This document shows, piece by piece, positions 1 to 14,199 of a stretch of DNA of 64,000 nucleotides. Within the stretch, counting starts at the first letter, position 1, and every line of letters begins with the position of its first letter. The notes under the pieces are model-generated. The model was not told the DNA's origin. It searched no databases and worked only from the letters and a program-made list of their open reading frames with translations. Source of the stretch: Lobosporangium transversale (lineage: Eukaryota); contig NW_019029003.1 of assembly GCF_002105155.1 (NCBI RefSeq), forward strand, positions 186,001 through 250,000. Reading direction: 5' to 3'. Position numbers and translations under genes: made by a program.

Positions 1-1427
1 GTCGATTGTTTTAGTCTCTGGGTTTAATCAGTCAAAGAGTTGAATGGGGGACATTGATTGATGGTGATCCATGCGAGAGAGGCAACCCCATGGATTATGA
101 TTCCTTGGAGTAGAGATGGGGGACCAAAAAAAAAAAAAAAAAAACCCAGTCTCTGTAATATATAATTGGCACTAGCGGTTTAGTAAATAGGGGAAATTCG
201 ATATTCTGGAGAGAAAGGTCGTTTTTTGTAATCGCTTTCAACCTTGTTTCTATCCCTGTCTCCTCTCTCTCTTCAAAGCTCTCTCCATCTCACATTCGCT
301 CATTCCATGACTTGATCAGCATCGTTTCGGCTGTACCAAATGAAGGATCATCCTGCGCTTAATCACGTAATTAAAACAGCATATAAAAATATTTGGTGTC
401 GCATGTGCTATTAGTTAAGTTTGCGATGATTAACTGTCGATCACCTGTGCCTGTTGATGATATCAGTCTTTCCAACGGCCATGTCGTTGACGGAAGAAGG
501 GGAAGGGGAACATTCATCAACAACTCGTGGAGAAGCTCTCTTTTTTTTTTTTTTTTTTTTTTTTTTGCCCAATATCATTGTCTCTTTTGCTCTTCGATAA
601 TATTATACACCAAAAGTGATTTTACTCCTTAATGTTGCCCTCTTCCTTCCTCCTTTTTTTTTTTTAGGAGCAAACAAAAAATACAAACACCTGTGCTCTC
701 CTTTCATGGTTGTCTTGATAGTGGTATAATTACGGTTCCGTGTTTATTTCTGCAATCTTCCTTTCAATGTACCAAAGTGACCCATTTGAGCCCTTGGTGA
801 CGGTTATAGCCCTGCTCTTACATTTTTTACTATTGATTTGTTTTCCAGCTTTTCCCTCTCCCTCTATCTCTCTTTCATATCGTTATACACTTTACCCATA
901 TCTTTGTTTATGGATGTGTTAATGTGTACCTTACTTTGGGTTAAACTTTTTAAGATTCTCATTATATCTGAGATTTCGACCTTCTATCTCGATTGCAATC
1001 TTCAACGACATTAAAATATGCGCCTGACAGGTGAACAATGGCATGGACTTGGTGTGGGGTCATCATTTGTCATCCTCTGTTTTCCCCTAAACGCGTTGCC
1101 AATCTTATTTTAATTATTATTTCTCTTTCTGTTTTGAATTGAATAGGGTTGAAAGACAATCATAAGCAACAATAACCAGAACAGCGGTTGGGGGAGTAGG
1201 ACAAGTTTCTCGAGCTAGATCTTGCATCACACAAACACTCAAACACACACAAACACAGCACACAACAATCATAAACACCCACAAGTATAAAAAGGGAAGA
1301 GAGTAAACGTTCTAATAACGAACTTCGCATCACATTGCATCGCGCCTCCCAAAATCTATTCGCTTACCTCCGAGAAAAAAAAGAGAGGATAGGAGGTTGC
1401 AAAAGAAACTTTAGTGAAGAAAGAGCG

Positions 1428-1458
<31 letters not shown>

Positions 1459-1462
<4 letters not shown>

Positions 1463-4219
1463 CCTCCTTGTTTGCCAGCTGGAGCAGCCGACACTCCAGA
1501 CCATCTTCGCACCTTTCCAATGCTGATTCCACAGCAACACGAACTTCTCGTCCCTTTGGTGCACTTCCTCTTGACCATCCCCGATCCACCCCTCTTCCTT
1601 CTTTTCCTCCTTCCTCTTCTTCATCTTCTCATTCCATTTCACTGTATCCTCTTTTGGGACAACCACAAGGTTCATACAAGTCTTCTACGCAGCCAGTCCA
1701 ATCCAACGACACCCGTCGCCTCTCTCGCGCGTCAACTATATCCTCATTCTCATCCACAACTCCTCCGAAGAGGCCAGCCCCTCCTCCCCCTCGTCCCACC
1801 ACCACTTACTCTGCTTTGTCCTCACCTTCCCCATTTGCAACATCTACCGAAAGAAGTCTTCGTTCTTCGCACGAAACATCTACTTATTCACAATCTTCGA
1901 ACCCTCCCTTGGCCCCTGTCCACTCTTCGTCCTTATCCTCCACCTCTACTTCCACGCGGCGAGTCCGCGCATGGACGTCTGTTGACATCTCTACAGCACA
2001 CATCACATCTCTTTCATCTCACGGCGCACAGAGTACAAAGCAAGGGCCACATCCAACTTTCAATACCCGCCCCGACTCTGTTGACCTGCATGTCAAAGAC
2101 TCAATGACCTTTCCTGCCCATTCATTGCATTCGTCTCATTCTTACATTGCTCATCCGCTTTCACCACCTCAATCTACTGTGGGCTCGACACCAGCTGCAC
2201 AGACTGTCGCCACGCCAACCTTAACAAATTTGCCTCCGTGTTCTCACGAAAGTCCACAGCAGAATTCACTCAAAGGGAGAAATCTATTCAGCAACGACCG
2301 GTGTAGTTGTCAGCCTCCTCCTTTGTCATATTCGTCAATTATCGTAGCCTCCAACGAAGTTGACCAAAACAAAAACCTTAGCATACACCAGCACTGCTCA
2401 AGAAAAGATTTCTCCTCACTTGAAGACACTGATAGAATGCAACAGATTGATTACATGCCTGAACCACAGCAGGGCTTTTCACTACCACTACACAAAGGAC
2501 CTGCTGCTTTGTCAGCCAGACCTGGCTCATTGCACAAGCCAACACTATCTTCAAAACGGATGCGTCCACCATTGGCAGAGATATCGACTTCGGTAATCCC
2601 TTCATTGTCTACTACACAAATAACAAGTAGTCCATTGTCTTCAGAACAGAACTACCAAACAGGCCCTTGCGCCGACATTATTGAGCACTCCAAAAGTACC
2701 AATCATACTCATCGAAGCAACAAAGTTACTAATAATGTTAATCAAACTGCACATGGAGAGAATATGCTCATGCATGATCAATTATCGAGGCCCCTTCCTT
2801 TGTCACTTGCTGCAGTTCGACCGCTGGGTGTGTCCCAACAACTATATCATTACCCAGAGCATCTTCCAGAACACGCGAATATCAATTCGACTTCTTTAAA
2901 TCCAGTAACTGATACAGAAACAAGTAAACCTCTGGCCAAAAAAAATACTTTGCGATGTCGTTTATCTCGCGATGCCAGAGCGCTACGAACACGCATCCGG
3001 AAGCTATGGATGGACCCTCGTGAATCAGAGCAACAGAGGACTCGGCGCAACCCAAAGGTAGGTACGATTTTTTTTTTTTTTTTTTTTTTTTCATTCGTGA
3101 AGCTATAACAGTATCAAGTTACTAATCATACTCCTACTCTATGATTATATTACAAGAATCAATACATTATACTGGAGGAGTCCTTATTAGGAATACTTCA
3201 AATGGTACCTCCTATCGTTCAGAATGCAAAAGCACCAAAGCTTAATCTAAGCATGATCCGTCCTATTGGACATTTAGAACCCGGAGGAACCAATGCTTCA
3301 TCAATATCTGAAGCTACACCCGTGGCTGCTTCTATTCACACCACAGAATCCTCTATAAGGCCCAAGGCAGCACTACCTCTGTCATCGGCACCATGGACAG
3401 ACCCATCGACCCTTGCGTTTGCGAGTTCAAGCAGTTCACACTCAAAATCTAGCGGATCTACACCAACTACCCCCGTCCACACACGTACTCGAACTACATC
3501 GACTAATTCGGCTTCGACGGTCAGCGCAACACGCTACCAGATTGCGACTAGCATTCTGCAGCCCATCGAGCCTCCCCTAACAGATGTTGCACAGCCTACA
3601 GCCCTCTCGCCTACAAGCACCGCACTTCTTGGAGAGCCGGCCCTCAGTACAATTATGGCGAGTGTAGTCAGCCCCTCTAGCCCTGCAACATCTACCACAC
3701 TTGATGCATCGGTCTCTGAACCGTGCATTGAGGAAAGCAGTGGGATTTTGATCAACAAACTACTAATGCTTTCCAGCACATTCACAGGAGCTATTAGGAC
3801 ACTATGCGAGCAGCAGAATGAGAAAGTGCTGCGCTTTGATGATGATATGATCCTTGATCTGCTAACAAGATGGGAGCAAGAAGCTGGCAAAACTGACGGA
3901 GACGAGGAGCCAGATAACTCCAGTTCAACATCGTTAGTCACCTTAGGGGCGACAAATGCTTTGGAGCGATATCAGCTCATGGTTAGCAGGGTATGGGAGG
4001 AGACTGAGGTAATACTCCTAGGGATTCGGAAGGTTCGAGATCTTGTTGAATTTGGGAGAGTACAGCATTTTCCGGATTTTGATGACGACGATTCTGAAGA
4101 AGACTCCATGGAACGTAATGAAGAAGTTAAACAAGTAAGCCTATATTTCTGCCATCCCGTTCATATAATATCTTTAGCTTTTGCTACATGACAAACTTAA
4201 ACTCAGTAACATCCTACGT

Positions 4220-4256
<37 letters not shown>

Positions 4257-7200
4257 TATTTCCTTCAGAGCCTCTATTCCACGCTGCTTTTACATTCGCA
4301 TGGCTTGGTAACTGTACTCGGTGAATTCCTGGAGTGCGTTTCTGGTATCCAACGCTTGGTCGGTACTCTCAAAAGTCAAAGAAAAGATTCACAGGAAAAT
4401 CAGGGCGGCTTAAGCATCACTGGTGTTCTTGAACGAAGTGAACCAGCTTCAGAAGTTAACCTCATGTTTGAAGAGCCTCGTCCAGTTAAGCATCTTGACC
4501 CTGCTCTTATGCGTAAACTAAAGCCTAAAGCGCCGTTTAAGTCGATCGCAGACAAGGTGCGTAGATCATTCTCAGACTTTGCACAAAAGTCAACCAACTC
4601 GTTGCTGAAGATTTTCCCACCCCTGGGGGATGGGACCAATGAAGGATTTGACTGGGATTCATACTCTGATGGTGAGTATGATTCAGAAGAGTTAGTGCCT
4701 TCGGAAGTGGGCAGCTCACTCTGTAGAGACGGCGATGCGCATGTCCGCACACTTTCCCCACTAGGAAGTCCTGGGCTTACCCCTAATAAGCAAAAGCAAC
4801 GACAACATCGGCCCAGGTCTAAGGATTCCTCAGACTTTTCAGGACAATATTGGCCAGGGTCAACGAGACTTGGCCTTTCGGACGACAGTATGAGCCCGAC
4901 CAACGTGGTCTCGCCCAGCACGGTGCTTGTCATGCCAGGGCCCACGTTTGACGCGCAAAGTATGGCAACACCTCCTAGTATAAATTCTGAAAGAACAATC
5001 GATTCGATCAGTGTGCGCCTCCGAATGAGCAGGCCTGGGACGCCAAAGTCACTCGAGTCATTTCATGAAGAGACTGAGCCAACGTGTTACTTTACATATA
5101 AACCTGAGCCTCAAGTACCGTTGCCACCACTCCAGACTTCCAAGTCTGAGAGCAAAGAAATGCGTCATTCCATTTTATCTCCTCGACGGAATCCGCAGGT
5201 AAAGAAGAAAGGATTGAAATTAGTAGTAATAATAACAATGAAAATAATAATAATAATGATGATGATAAGATTGATAATACATAATGGTGGTAAAAACCGC
5301 TAAATAAGCTCATGGCAAACCTATTTCTATTCTTACATTAAAGAAAGAGGCATTTACCGGGCTTAGCATATCAACGCCAATCCCAAGCTCCACAAGGCCG
5401 TTCTCGGTATATTCCTCGGAATCCGAGGCTCAGACAGCCTCCCCTTCGCGTAACAACTATAAAGCACGGCCTCCAAAGCCACCCGTTCTCAGCCAAGCCA
5501 TGGTCAAGGAAGACGAGCTTAATCGAGACGCGCAAGAGGCTAATCAGGAAAGGACCCCTAATAACCGAACAAGCTCATGCCCTGCTATTCGAACCATATC
5601 CGCGCTACATACAGACCCCGTCACATTGGATTCACCGTTTACTAGGCAGACAAGTATTAGGATGGTCAATGACCGGGACCGATATTCCGTCAAGATGCCA
5701 TCCGACGATATACTTGAGCCTAGACCAGCCAGGGCTTCCAGCCGCAATTCCTCTCCTACATTCTGGCGTCGGAGAAGCTACAATGACGCACTGGGGAAAA
5801 GCCGATATGCCGTACAGCTTGAGTCGGACGTATCAGCTCTATCTACGCCTCTAACCTCTGAGTTTTCCTCTAATTGCAGGTCTTCTGTTCGCTTGTCGTC
5901 CTATGAATTTTTGGTGCCTTTCTTTTCAAAAGAAGACTCTAGCAGTCCTGCAAGCACCGCCACGACAGTCTCGACAGACGGCAGCCGCATGAGCTCTGGA
6001 TCATACTCAAAATATTCATCGACTATAGGCCGATATAACAACCATCGAAGACATTCTAGCCCCTTGATCCCGGGAGTCGAAAGGGCACTAGCAGATACAC
6101 TCGGCCGCCGTACGAGTGTATCTTTGAATCAAAATTGCCAATTAGTAACAAAGACTTCAATTGCCTCAGTAATGAATCGTAATTCTGTGCATATGCTGCC
6201 AACTCTAACTGAGGATTCCAATCAGCAGCAGCAGCAGCAGCAATATAGCTCAACCTCACTAAAGAGCCCTGATCAACTCGCATTATTTACAGAGGTCGAG
6301 TGCCTGGGCGTTCGCTCTCGGCCGTGGGCTCCACAGAAGGATAGTAATGCTTATGACATCGCAGCTCGAAATCATGGAACGGTTGCTGATTATCATTCTC
6401 GATCGAGAGATTACAAAGAGCAGCAGATGCAGGTTCAAAATCAGTACCAGCGTCAGTACTTGCAAGAGTCCCAAGGCCAATGTCCTGAAAATAATGAGGA
6501 TCGTAAGGGGGATGAAATGCCTCGCCGACCTATTACAGAACCTCGACTTGGTGACATGCGAAAAGCGTGAGTTTTTGCTTTTACTTTTTATTATTATTAA
6601 GGTAGATGTTCATTAACGAAATCGACAGTTAAATCCTTCATGACAACTAACTTGTAACATTTTAATATTGAAATAGATGGGAAATCATGAACCTGGATGC
6701 AAAGCGTGTAAATCCTTATTCACATCTACGAGCTTATGCCAGAAGTCAACGTAAGAAATAGACATCTCTGACTTTTTTCTGCTCAAAAAGCGTACGGTTA
6801 TAAACCCCTATTTGCAAGACTGACTTTTTTCTTTCTTTTCTTTTTTCTTAGCCGGTCAAAATAATCTCTGGGCTTTGAACCACCCAAATGCACTTCAAAG
6901 CTCAACATCCCCTCGCGTTCTTCACATCTGTGAAAATAATGTGGATGTGCTTGTACTGCAAATGTCAGGAGGATATTTACAAGTGGTCGCAGGTTTATTA
7001 GAAAAATTGATCGAGCGACTTGCAGACCAAAATGAGCAAGGTATATTGAATGGTTGTAGCAGAACACTTTGCATTTTGAGGACAGGCTTGCCAATGAAAT
7101 ATTGCCCTCATATTTGTTGATTTTATATTTTCTTTGATGCAAAATAGATAGTGAATATATCAGCTGCTTTCTACTTTCTCATTCATTTTTTATCGATTCT

Positions 7201-7362
7201 GAGGACCTATTAAAACGGCTGATTGCACGGTTCCATATTCAGCCTCGTCAAGGAGAGATGCTTTACTTTGAGAAGTGGCAAGTGGTCATTCAAATTAAGT
7301 AAGTTAAATGTGATATGTATCCATATATCCTTGACTGGCTATTGAAGGGTACAATGCTGACC

Positions 7363-7400
<38 letters not shown>

Positions 7401-8127
7401 CATCAGGGTTCTTTGTGTCCTCTATCGGTGGATCCAGCTTCAATACGAAGATTTTGAACGAAACCCAAACCTCTTAAAAACCTTAAAAAAATTCTTAGAG
7501 GTTGATGTGCGCATGGGTGGATTTGTTAAAGAGGCAGGGTACATCGAGGAGAGAATCAATATTAGGGTATGTTGCACATTGGGTAGATTACGATAGTAAG
7601 CGACTCGATAACTTTGACAAGGAGGTCTAATGTTTTATTTTGTTTTATCATATTAATTTTACGAACAGAGTCTATCACCAAAAAAGAATTGCAGTGTGAT
7701 CATGGAACAGGGTCGATTCTGCCTTCAGCGGTCGAGGACTCGAAAGATTAGCCTGTCTAAAAGTCAAAGTAGATCACCACATCCATTGGCGTCTCCTGGT
7801 GGTGTTTTATCAAACTCTGTCCCACATTCTCCTGGTACGCATGTGATTGAGCAAGGACCAGCTCCAGAGCTCTCTCTAGTATCTCCAATCCTTCAGGTCG
7901 GCACTCTTGAGCTGGCAAGGTACCTGACCTTGGCAGACATGAAAGCGTTCAGGAGTATCACCGTTTATGAACTCATGTCAAGCCAGTGGCAGAGGCGTCA
8001 AGCGGCAGAGAATACGAAACGAGTAAACAGCGAAGAAGACGAAAAAACCGTCTCCGGCCTGAATATAGACGACTCAGGCATGGTAGATGGTGGGGCTATT
8101 GAGGCTTTCACTCGACGAGCAAACATG

Positions 8128-8158
<31 letters not shown>

Positions 8159-9521
8159 GCACTACATGCTGTGGTATAAAAAGCAACATTGAATAATAAT
8201 GTTTCAACTACCATTAATATTTTAATTAATATTATAAACGGGAATACTGTGATAACAGCTGAGTTACTGGGTTGCGCATGAGATCTTGAGCATTGGGAGC
8301 CCTAAGACAAGGAAGCAGCTCATCAAGAAATTCATTGAAGTAGCCAAGGTATAAAAAGAAAATGGCGAAGCAATTTTTTCAATCCCAATCTCAACTGGAT
8401 GCCAGTTATTATTATTAATGTCACGCGTGATGTTTTGCTTGATTTAGATTTGCCGCTCACTCAACAATTTGCACACATGCATGTTCATTGTTTCGGCCTT
8501 GATCTCGACCCCAGTGCGTCGCCTTGCCGCGACCTGGAAGCTTATCAAAAAGAGGGAGATGAAATCTCTACAACAACTTGAACAGCTACTCGATCCAAGT
8601 GGGAATATGAGGTGTTACCGTCAAGCACTCGGGGAAATAGAGGCCCCTGCTATTCCCTTTTTGCGTATGTTTCACTCTCAATTAAATCATTTACATGACA
8701 ATTAACAATGATTGATACGATACTGATCCTCGTTCTGATACTTTTTTTTCTTGTCATATGTAGCAATCTTGCTAAAAGATATCACATTTATCCTTGATGG
8801 TAATCCAACGATGATTCCATCAAGGTTTAATGGCCAGCCGCCTCCTGTTTCAGCCAAAGATGGCATCAATACGAATAAGATTTCAAGGACTTCAGGCACA
8901 GCCGCAACACTAGTTGAAAAGAGCAACCCCTTAGTCGCTTGCACATCAGGACTCGGGTCAGGCATGAGCTGCGGCTTTGAAGCAGAATCAGACCAAGGAC
9001 AGCTGGTGAATTTCGACAAATTCAGACAACTGACCCAATATGTTGAAGATTCGGTTGATTTGGCCAAATCAGCCGATTACTGGTTTGAGCCTCAACTATT
9101 GCGCCAAGCACGAGTCTTCCGACCCAATTCGCCTTCATTTGATGATACGAAAGGAGAGTACATCAATGGAGGAGGCAATAACGCCAGTAACAGCAATAAT
9201 AGGTATTATAGTCCTCTAGACTCGTCCCGTGGTCCTTTGGATCACATCTCGGAAATTGTAGAACGCAGACTGGTCAAGGCATCTGGACTGTATGGGGTTC
9301 ATCAAAGAGTTATTGAGGTCGAGTTTTTGACAAAATCTAAGAGTAGCAGCAGTTTGTGGAAAGGAGGCGCTGGCATTGGGAATATTCATAGCAGTTTTGG
9401 CGGAGGAGGAACCAACGGAAGTGTAAATGGATCTAATGTAGGCGAGACGGTGATTCGAGCAATACAGGGAGAGGAAGAGTACTTAATGGGTCTCAGTCTG
9501 ATGTGTGAGCCAGGTCGCTAA
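1459..9521 (+). CDS. Ras guanine-nucleotide exchange factor (REM + CDC25 domain) with very long low-complexity N-terminus; ~12 exons, roughly 2,250 aa
   Basis: ATG 1459 (MPSLFASW). GT-AG introns join the ORFs, e.g. 3058-3156. REM-like 'VVAGLLEKLIERLAD..FLLSHSFFIDSEDLLKRLIARF' and 'VLYRWIQLQYEDF'. CDC25 motifs 'LARYLTLAD', 'SYWVAHEIL', 'PVRRLAATW', 'LLDPSGNMRCYR', 'PAIPFL..LLKDITFILDGNP', 'LVNFDK', 'SLMCEP*' (stop 9521). Confidence 0.85.
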
Positions 9522-10166
9522 CGAGGAGGATTGTTAGTACATGTAATGGAAAAGCAACAATGGATAGCAGCAACAACATACCCTAATCATGTGTCGTACT
9601 CGTAGAAAAAGTATTTTTAATCAATACACTTGCTTCATTGTGTTGGAGCGCCCAACATGTGCTGCATGCATGTATCTCTTTAATTTTCATCTGCCCTTGC
9701 TGGTCTTGGTGGTAGACACACTCCGACAACATGTGATGCATTGCGACAAACTTCAAACCGTTACCGAAGCATGAATATGTATACATATGCATGGGCATAA
9801 CGCACACACCTCTGATCTAATTCAAATGCCATGTCTCTCATAAATATGCACCATTTTTTTTTTTTTTTTTTTTTTTGTGGAGTGTGCGCTTCGCTCTCTT
9901 TTCTCTTTCTTTCATTCTTTCAGCCAGTCAGTCAGTCATTTCCTTCCTCTCTCTCTCTCCCTCTCTTACGGAAGCAATACTCATTCCTTCCCTTACTTCT
10001 GGTCATTTGGTTCATTTCATTCCTGTAAAGACATCTAATTTCTAGTTGCGATCACACGTGCAAGGTATATATTACATGTGTTAATTATTTTTCTAAACTT
10101 AATAGAACAGGTCTAAACAATGATATTCTGTAATAACACCTTTTACTTACATAGCCTTCAAGGGCG

Positions 10167-13100
10167 ATGTCATCTGCGTCTTCTTCGGCGCAATCGAGTA
10201 GACTGAATGTCCCCCCATTGCCCAGTATTTCTTCCAAATCTTCTTCGAATATCAACGATGCAATCAACAGCAGTATTGTTAATGGAGATGACTCCAACGC
10301 ACTTTCCTCTAATTCTGCGTCGCAGGCCGTCATGATACCAACGTCTTCAATTGCTATGAGAGGCATCATTAACGTCAACAGCAGCAACAGTAGCAGCAAT
10401 AACAGCAACAGTGTAGTCGGCAATGGCAGCAAAAGCAGGTCATCCCCTTTGTTTATCCCCGAAATACTGGAATTGATCTTCTTGCATATGCTCCACCAAT
10501 TTCAATGCCCTACATCCATTCCATTGCCTCATGTAAACTCCTATCATTCCTCTTCAGGGTCTCCAGCTTCTACACCCACAGTAGCGGGACTGTGCCCAGA
10601 TATTTATTTGCAGATTCGTGCACAGAAACCTGCTTCGACACAACTAGCTTTTCTACGAGTTTGTCGGTTCTGGTACGGGGTTGGGGAGCCATTGATATGG
10701 AAAAACGTTAAATGGGCAGACCATCAAGATCCAGAGGTCCATCGGCGGATATGGAGCCATTGGGGTCGGATCAAGAGCCTGAGATTTGAATATGGCAAGC
10801 GGACAACAGACACTGAAGCCCCCATAGCCTCTGCAGCTGTTGCAACGACGGCTGAACTATCAGCCGTGCGAACCCCCGAACCATCCTCTGCGACCTCGTC
10901 TACGACAACGACGATTGGAACAACCAATCGGGCTAATGGTCCGCGAGCAAGGATGAGAAATTTTTTGAGTGGTGACACATCTGCAGCAGGGACCACAGTT
11001 GGCTCTCCCAGAGTGGATCAACCGTTATCGACTGATGGTCTTCCTTCGACCCAGACGCAGATAATACAAGGTCGTCCTCGCATGACAATAGATAAGGCTT
11101 TGCATGAGCTTGCTTTGGTTATGTCTCAGCCCTCGAGCCAACCGCATTATCGTCCTGTGCCTTTACCGCTTCGAGGAGTTCATTTCCATAAACAACTACC
11201 GCACAGCATATTGAATGAGTCAATACTCCAAAAACCTCCACTCCTCCATCGCTCACAGTTGACGTCGCTCACGTTGACAGGCTTATTTCGGTTGGAGACG
11301 TTCTTGACAGCGATTCTGCCTTTTGTCCCAGAATTGACCTATCTGGATATCTGTTTGCGCTGCTATGAATGGAGGGATGAGATCCGGCTTGATAAGGTGT
11401 TGAGGTCATGTCCGAAACTGCAGTACCTGTCAGTGGACAGAAACATGATCGGGCTCGTCGATTTTGGGGACGAAGAGGCCGTGCCCAGCTCAGCTAATTC
11501 TTTAGAAGTTCTGGGCGATTATTTTGACAGTGACGATACTGACGAGGACGACCATAGTGGTTATGACAATGGTGGTGGCGAGCAAGGAGAGATTTTGGAA
11601 GTTGCGATTGAAAGTGAGCAGAATAGGAGGCTTGATTCAGCAAGTAGAATGTATTCGGGAACATCATGGCATCTCAAATACGCACGCTTACAGGCGCCTA
11701 AAGTGCTCAAAGTACAGGGTAACGGGCCCAGTATGAACGATCAGGCAGGTGCTTACTTAGATATGCCTTCTCATCTTATTGATCCATACGCCACCACAGA
11801 TCCTACTTCAAATGATACTCATAGCGTGTCCGTACCGTCATCATCATCATCTCCATTACCACCCCAACCGTCAGGAACCGCAACAAGTCCTGCAACAAAA
11901 ATACGATCTCGTCGTAGCCGGCTGGCACAGACACAGCTACAACAGCAATGTCAGCTCTCCTTCCCCCTACAAGTCCTCAAATTAAAAAAGGTTCGGATGC
12001 CAGAACGAGACTTTGTGCAGCTCCTCAAACGATGTCCTGCACTAGAAGAGATGGATGTATTCAGTACAAGCTACTGGAGCTGGAAACAACAGTTCTTACA
12101 AAGCGTTGCTCAGTCCTGCCCAAAGATTAAGCATCTGCATTTAACGACCAACTACGCTAGTGGAGGGCCCGAAAATAACAACAATGATACTGGGGCTGTG
12201 CAAATTGGATATCTTCAACAACCAATGCTCGCTGCCGTGGGAGAACCCTATGATCCTGCGATTGAATTGATCAAGTTGTACCCAGCCCTGCTATCGTATG
12301 ACGCACGTTATGTTCGTTTTCAGGATCGAGCCTTAAGGACCCTGCAACAAAACTGTCCACATTTGGAACGACTTGATCTAACTAGTTGTCGTGAATTAAG
12401 CTCCAAAGCGGTAGATTGGTTCCTTCGACATATGCCAGCATTGAAGCACTTTTCGACCAGTCGGGCCATGCTGCAGATCGAGGATATGATTGAAATGATT
12501 GAGGAGCATGACCGTCAGATAGCCGCTGCGACTGTCAGAAGGAGCAAGAAGCGAAATGTAAGCCATTTTGCCGCCTTTTCAGAGGTCGGGTCTGAAGCCG
12601 AAGACGAGTTTGAGTTTGAACCAGAAACCACACGTGTGACACAAGTGCCACGGTGGTGGGCATGTGATGGGTTAGAGACGCTTATCATTGGCGTCAAAAA
12701 CCCAAAGCTACCTGGGTCTTCAGACCGAGGATTTGATCTTCAAGATGAGGGGGCTGCGGACTTTCAGCTTTATTACAAAGATCACTATCATCAGCAAGGA
12801 AGCTCATCCGGACCTTCTTCGTCCAAGGACAAGAACAATGGCTCATCTTTGCCGGTTTTTCCTCAGTATAACCATATTCAATACTGTACCTTTGTATTCT
12901 TTGAACAATTGGGCCGGTTAAAGAAATTGAAGAGGCTCGAGTTACATGGTGGACGGTTCGATCTTGGGGTTCAGCAGGCTGCAACGCTTTCATCATCGCT
13001 GTCGTCCTTAGTACCACTTTCTACCTACCCTTTGAATTCCGTATCCCCACAACAGCAGCCATTCTATCATAGTCATTCTCAAGCACCCGTAGTAATGGCA

Positions 13101-13964
13101 ACGCTATTGCACCACCAACAATTTTCGTCTTCTGACTCGGACCAGATGAAAGAGCCATTGCATGGCCCCCAGGAAGCGATAGAGTCTGGAAAAGAAAGAA
13201 CTGGATCAAGGACACAGAGAAGTCTTGACCGGATGAAAAGCTTCTTTTCACGAGGAAATGGTGCGAAGACGAAGAGTAGACAGAACTCGGTAACGGGTGA
13301 CGAAAGCGAGTTTGGCCCAAGCAATAATGACTCTCCTGACGATAAAGACAAGGGCAAGGGGAAAGGGAAAGGGAAAGATACGTATAAAAACAAGCGCCAA
13401 AGCAAAAAGTTCATGGGCATGGCCATGAGCATAAACATGAACAAGGGAAAAGGAAAGTCTGTAGACAGAACGGGACACTTTAGCAATGGATCCGACTACT
13501 TGAACGATCATCATATATTGAACAGCCATGGAGATTATTATCACGACAGTTTTGAAGACGAGGATGCTAACAATGACAGCGACGATGATGATGATGATGA
13601 AGACAGTGAAGATGACAATGACAATAGCGAGACTGGGATGATCCGACAAAAAAACAACAGGGAAAGAAGTATGAAGAAGAAGAGTAGGGAAAAGAACAAA
13701 AATGAGAATGAGAGCTACAAGAGAATTGTACCTGGGCATCTGATGGGTTTGCAACCACTTGCAGGACTCAGTCATCTAGAATCGTTCTGTATGACATGGT
13801 CCATTTTCCCGATGCTCAGGGAACAGGAGATTGCATGGATCTGTAAACACTGGACTAGTCTGGAGTGGATTTCTTTGGGTCTTGTGCCTGAGGGAGAATG
13901 GAGTCATATCCGGATGTGGATGCGTGCTAGACGTCCAGATATTATCGTCATCTTTGAGCGGTAA
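10167..13964 (+). CDS. F-box / RNI-like leucine-rich repeat protein, 1265 aa, intronless
   Basis: Single long ORF. F-box-like 'PLFIPEILELIFLHM...LRVCRFWY'; LRR units 'CPKLQYLSV', 'CPALEEMDV', 'CPHLERLDLTSC', 'WACDGLETL', 'QLGRLKKLKRLEL'. Confidence 0.8.
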   Translation: MSSASSSAQSSRLNVPPLPSISSKSSSNINDAINSSIVNGDDSNALSSNSASQAVMIPTSSIAMRGIINVNSSNSSSNNSNSVVGNGSKSRSSPLFIPEILELIFLHMLHQFQCPTSIPLPHVNSYHSSSGSPASTPTVAGLCPDIYLQIRAQKPASTQLAFLRVCRFWYGVGEPLIWKNVKWADHQDPEVHRRIWSHWGRIKSLRFEYGKRTTDTEAPIASAAVATTAELSAVRTPEPSSATSSTTTTIGTTNRANGPRARMRNFLSGDTSAAGTTVGSPRVDQPLSTDGLPSTQTQIIQGRPRMTIDKALHELALVMSQPSSQPHYRPVPLPLRGVHFHKQLPHSILNESILQKPPLLHRSQLTSLTLTGLFRLETFLTAILPFVPELTYLDICLRCYEWRDEIRLDKVLRSCPKLQYLSVDRNMIGLVDFGDEEAVPSSANSLEVLGDYFDSDDTDEDDHSGYDNGGGEQGEILEVAIESEQNRRLDSASRMYSGTSWHLKYARLQAPKVLKVQGNGPSMNDQAGAYLDMPSHLIDPYATTDPTSNDTHSVSVPSSSSSPLPPQPSGTATSPATKIRSRRSRLAQTQLQQQCQLSFPLQVLKLKKVRMPERDFVQLLKRCPALEEMDVFSTSYWSWKQQFLQSVAQSCPKIKHLHLTTNYASGGPENNNNDTGAVQIGYLQQPMLAAVGEPYDPAIELIKLYPALLSYDARYVRFQDRALRTLQQNCPHLERLDLTSCRELSSKAVDWFLRHMPALKHFSTSRAMLQIEDMIEMIEEHDRQIAAATVRRSKKRNVSHFAAFSEVGSEAEDEFEFEPETTRVTQVPRWWACDGLETLIIGVKNPKLPGSSDRGFDLQDEGAADFQLYYKDHYHQQGSSSGPSSSKDKNNGSSLPVFPQYNHIQYCTFVFFEQLGRLKKLKRLELHGGRFDLGVQQAATLSSSLSSLVPLSTYPLNSVSPQQQPFYHSHSQAPVVMATLLHHQQFSSSDSDQMKEPLHGPQEAIESGKERTGSRTQRSLDRMKSFFSRGNGAKTKSRQNSVTGDESEFGPSNNDSPDDKDKGKGKGKGKDTYKNKRQSKKFMGMAMSINMNKGKGKSVDRTGHFSNGSDYLNDHHILNSHGDYYHDSFEDEDANNDSDDDDDDEDSEDDNDNSETGMIRQKNNRERSMKKKSREKNKNENESYKRIVPGHLMGLQPLAGLSHLESFCMTWSIFPMLREQEIAWICKHWTSLEWISLGLVPEGEWSHIRMWMRARRPDIIVIFER

Positions 13965-14199
13965 AAAAAAAAAAGACAACGTTTACATTTTTATTTTTTT
14001 TTATCTTTTCCTCTATTTATATTTTTTCATTCAACTACTTGAAAATGTCTTTTTTTTTTTTTTTTTTTTTTTTCTTTTGCATGGTTGCATAGTCGTAATT
14101 CTTGTGATGAAAAAAAAAAAAAAAAAAAAAATAGAAATAAAAATAAATTAAATAAGAAAAAAGAAAATGATACTAACAGTAACGACAAAGATGATGCGT

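Noticed and set aside
1..1458. Small ORFs and possible ncRNA upstream of the RasGEF
   Set aside because: ORFs are driven by poly-T/A tracts; no tRNA, snRNA or snoRNA signature could be supported.
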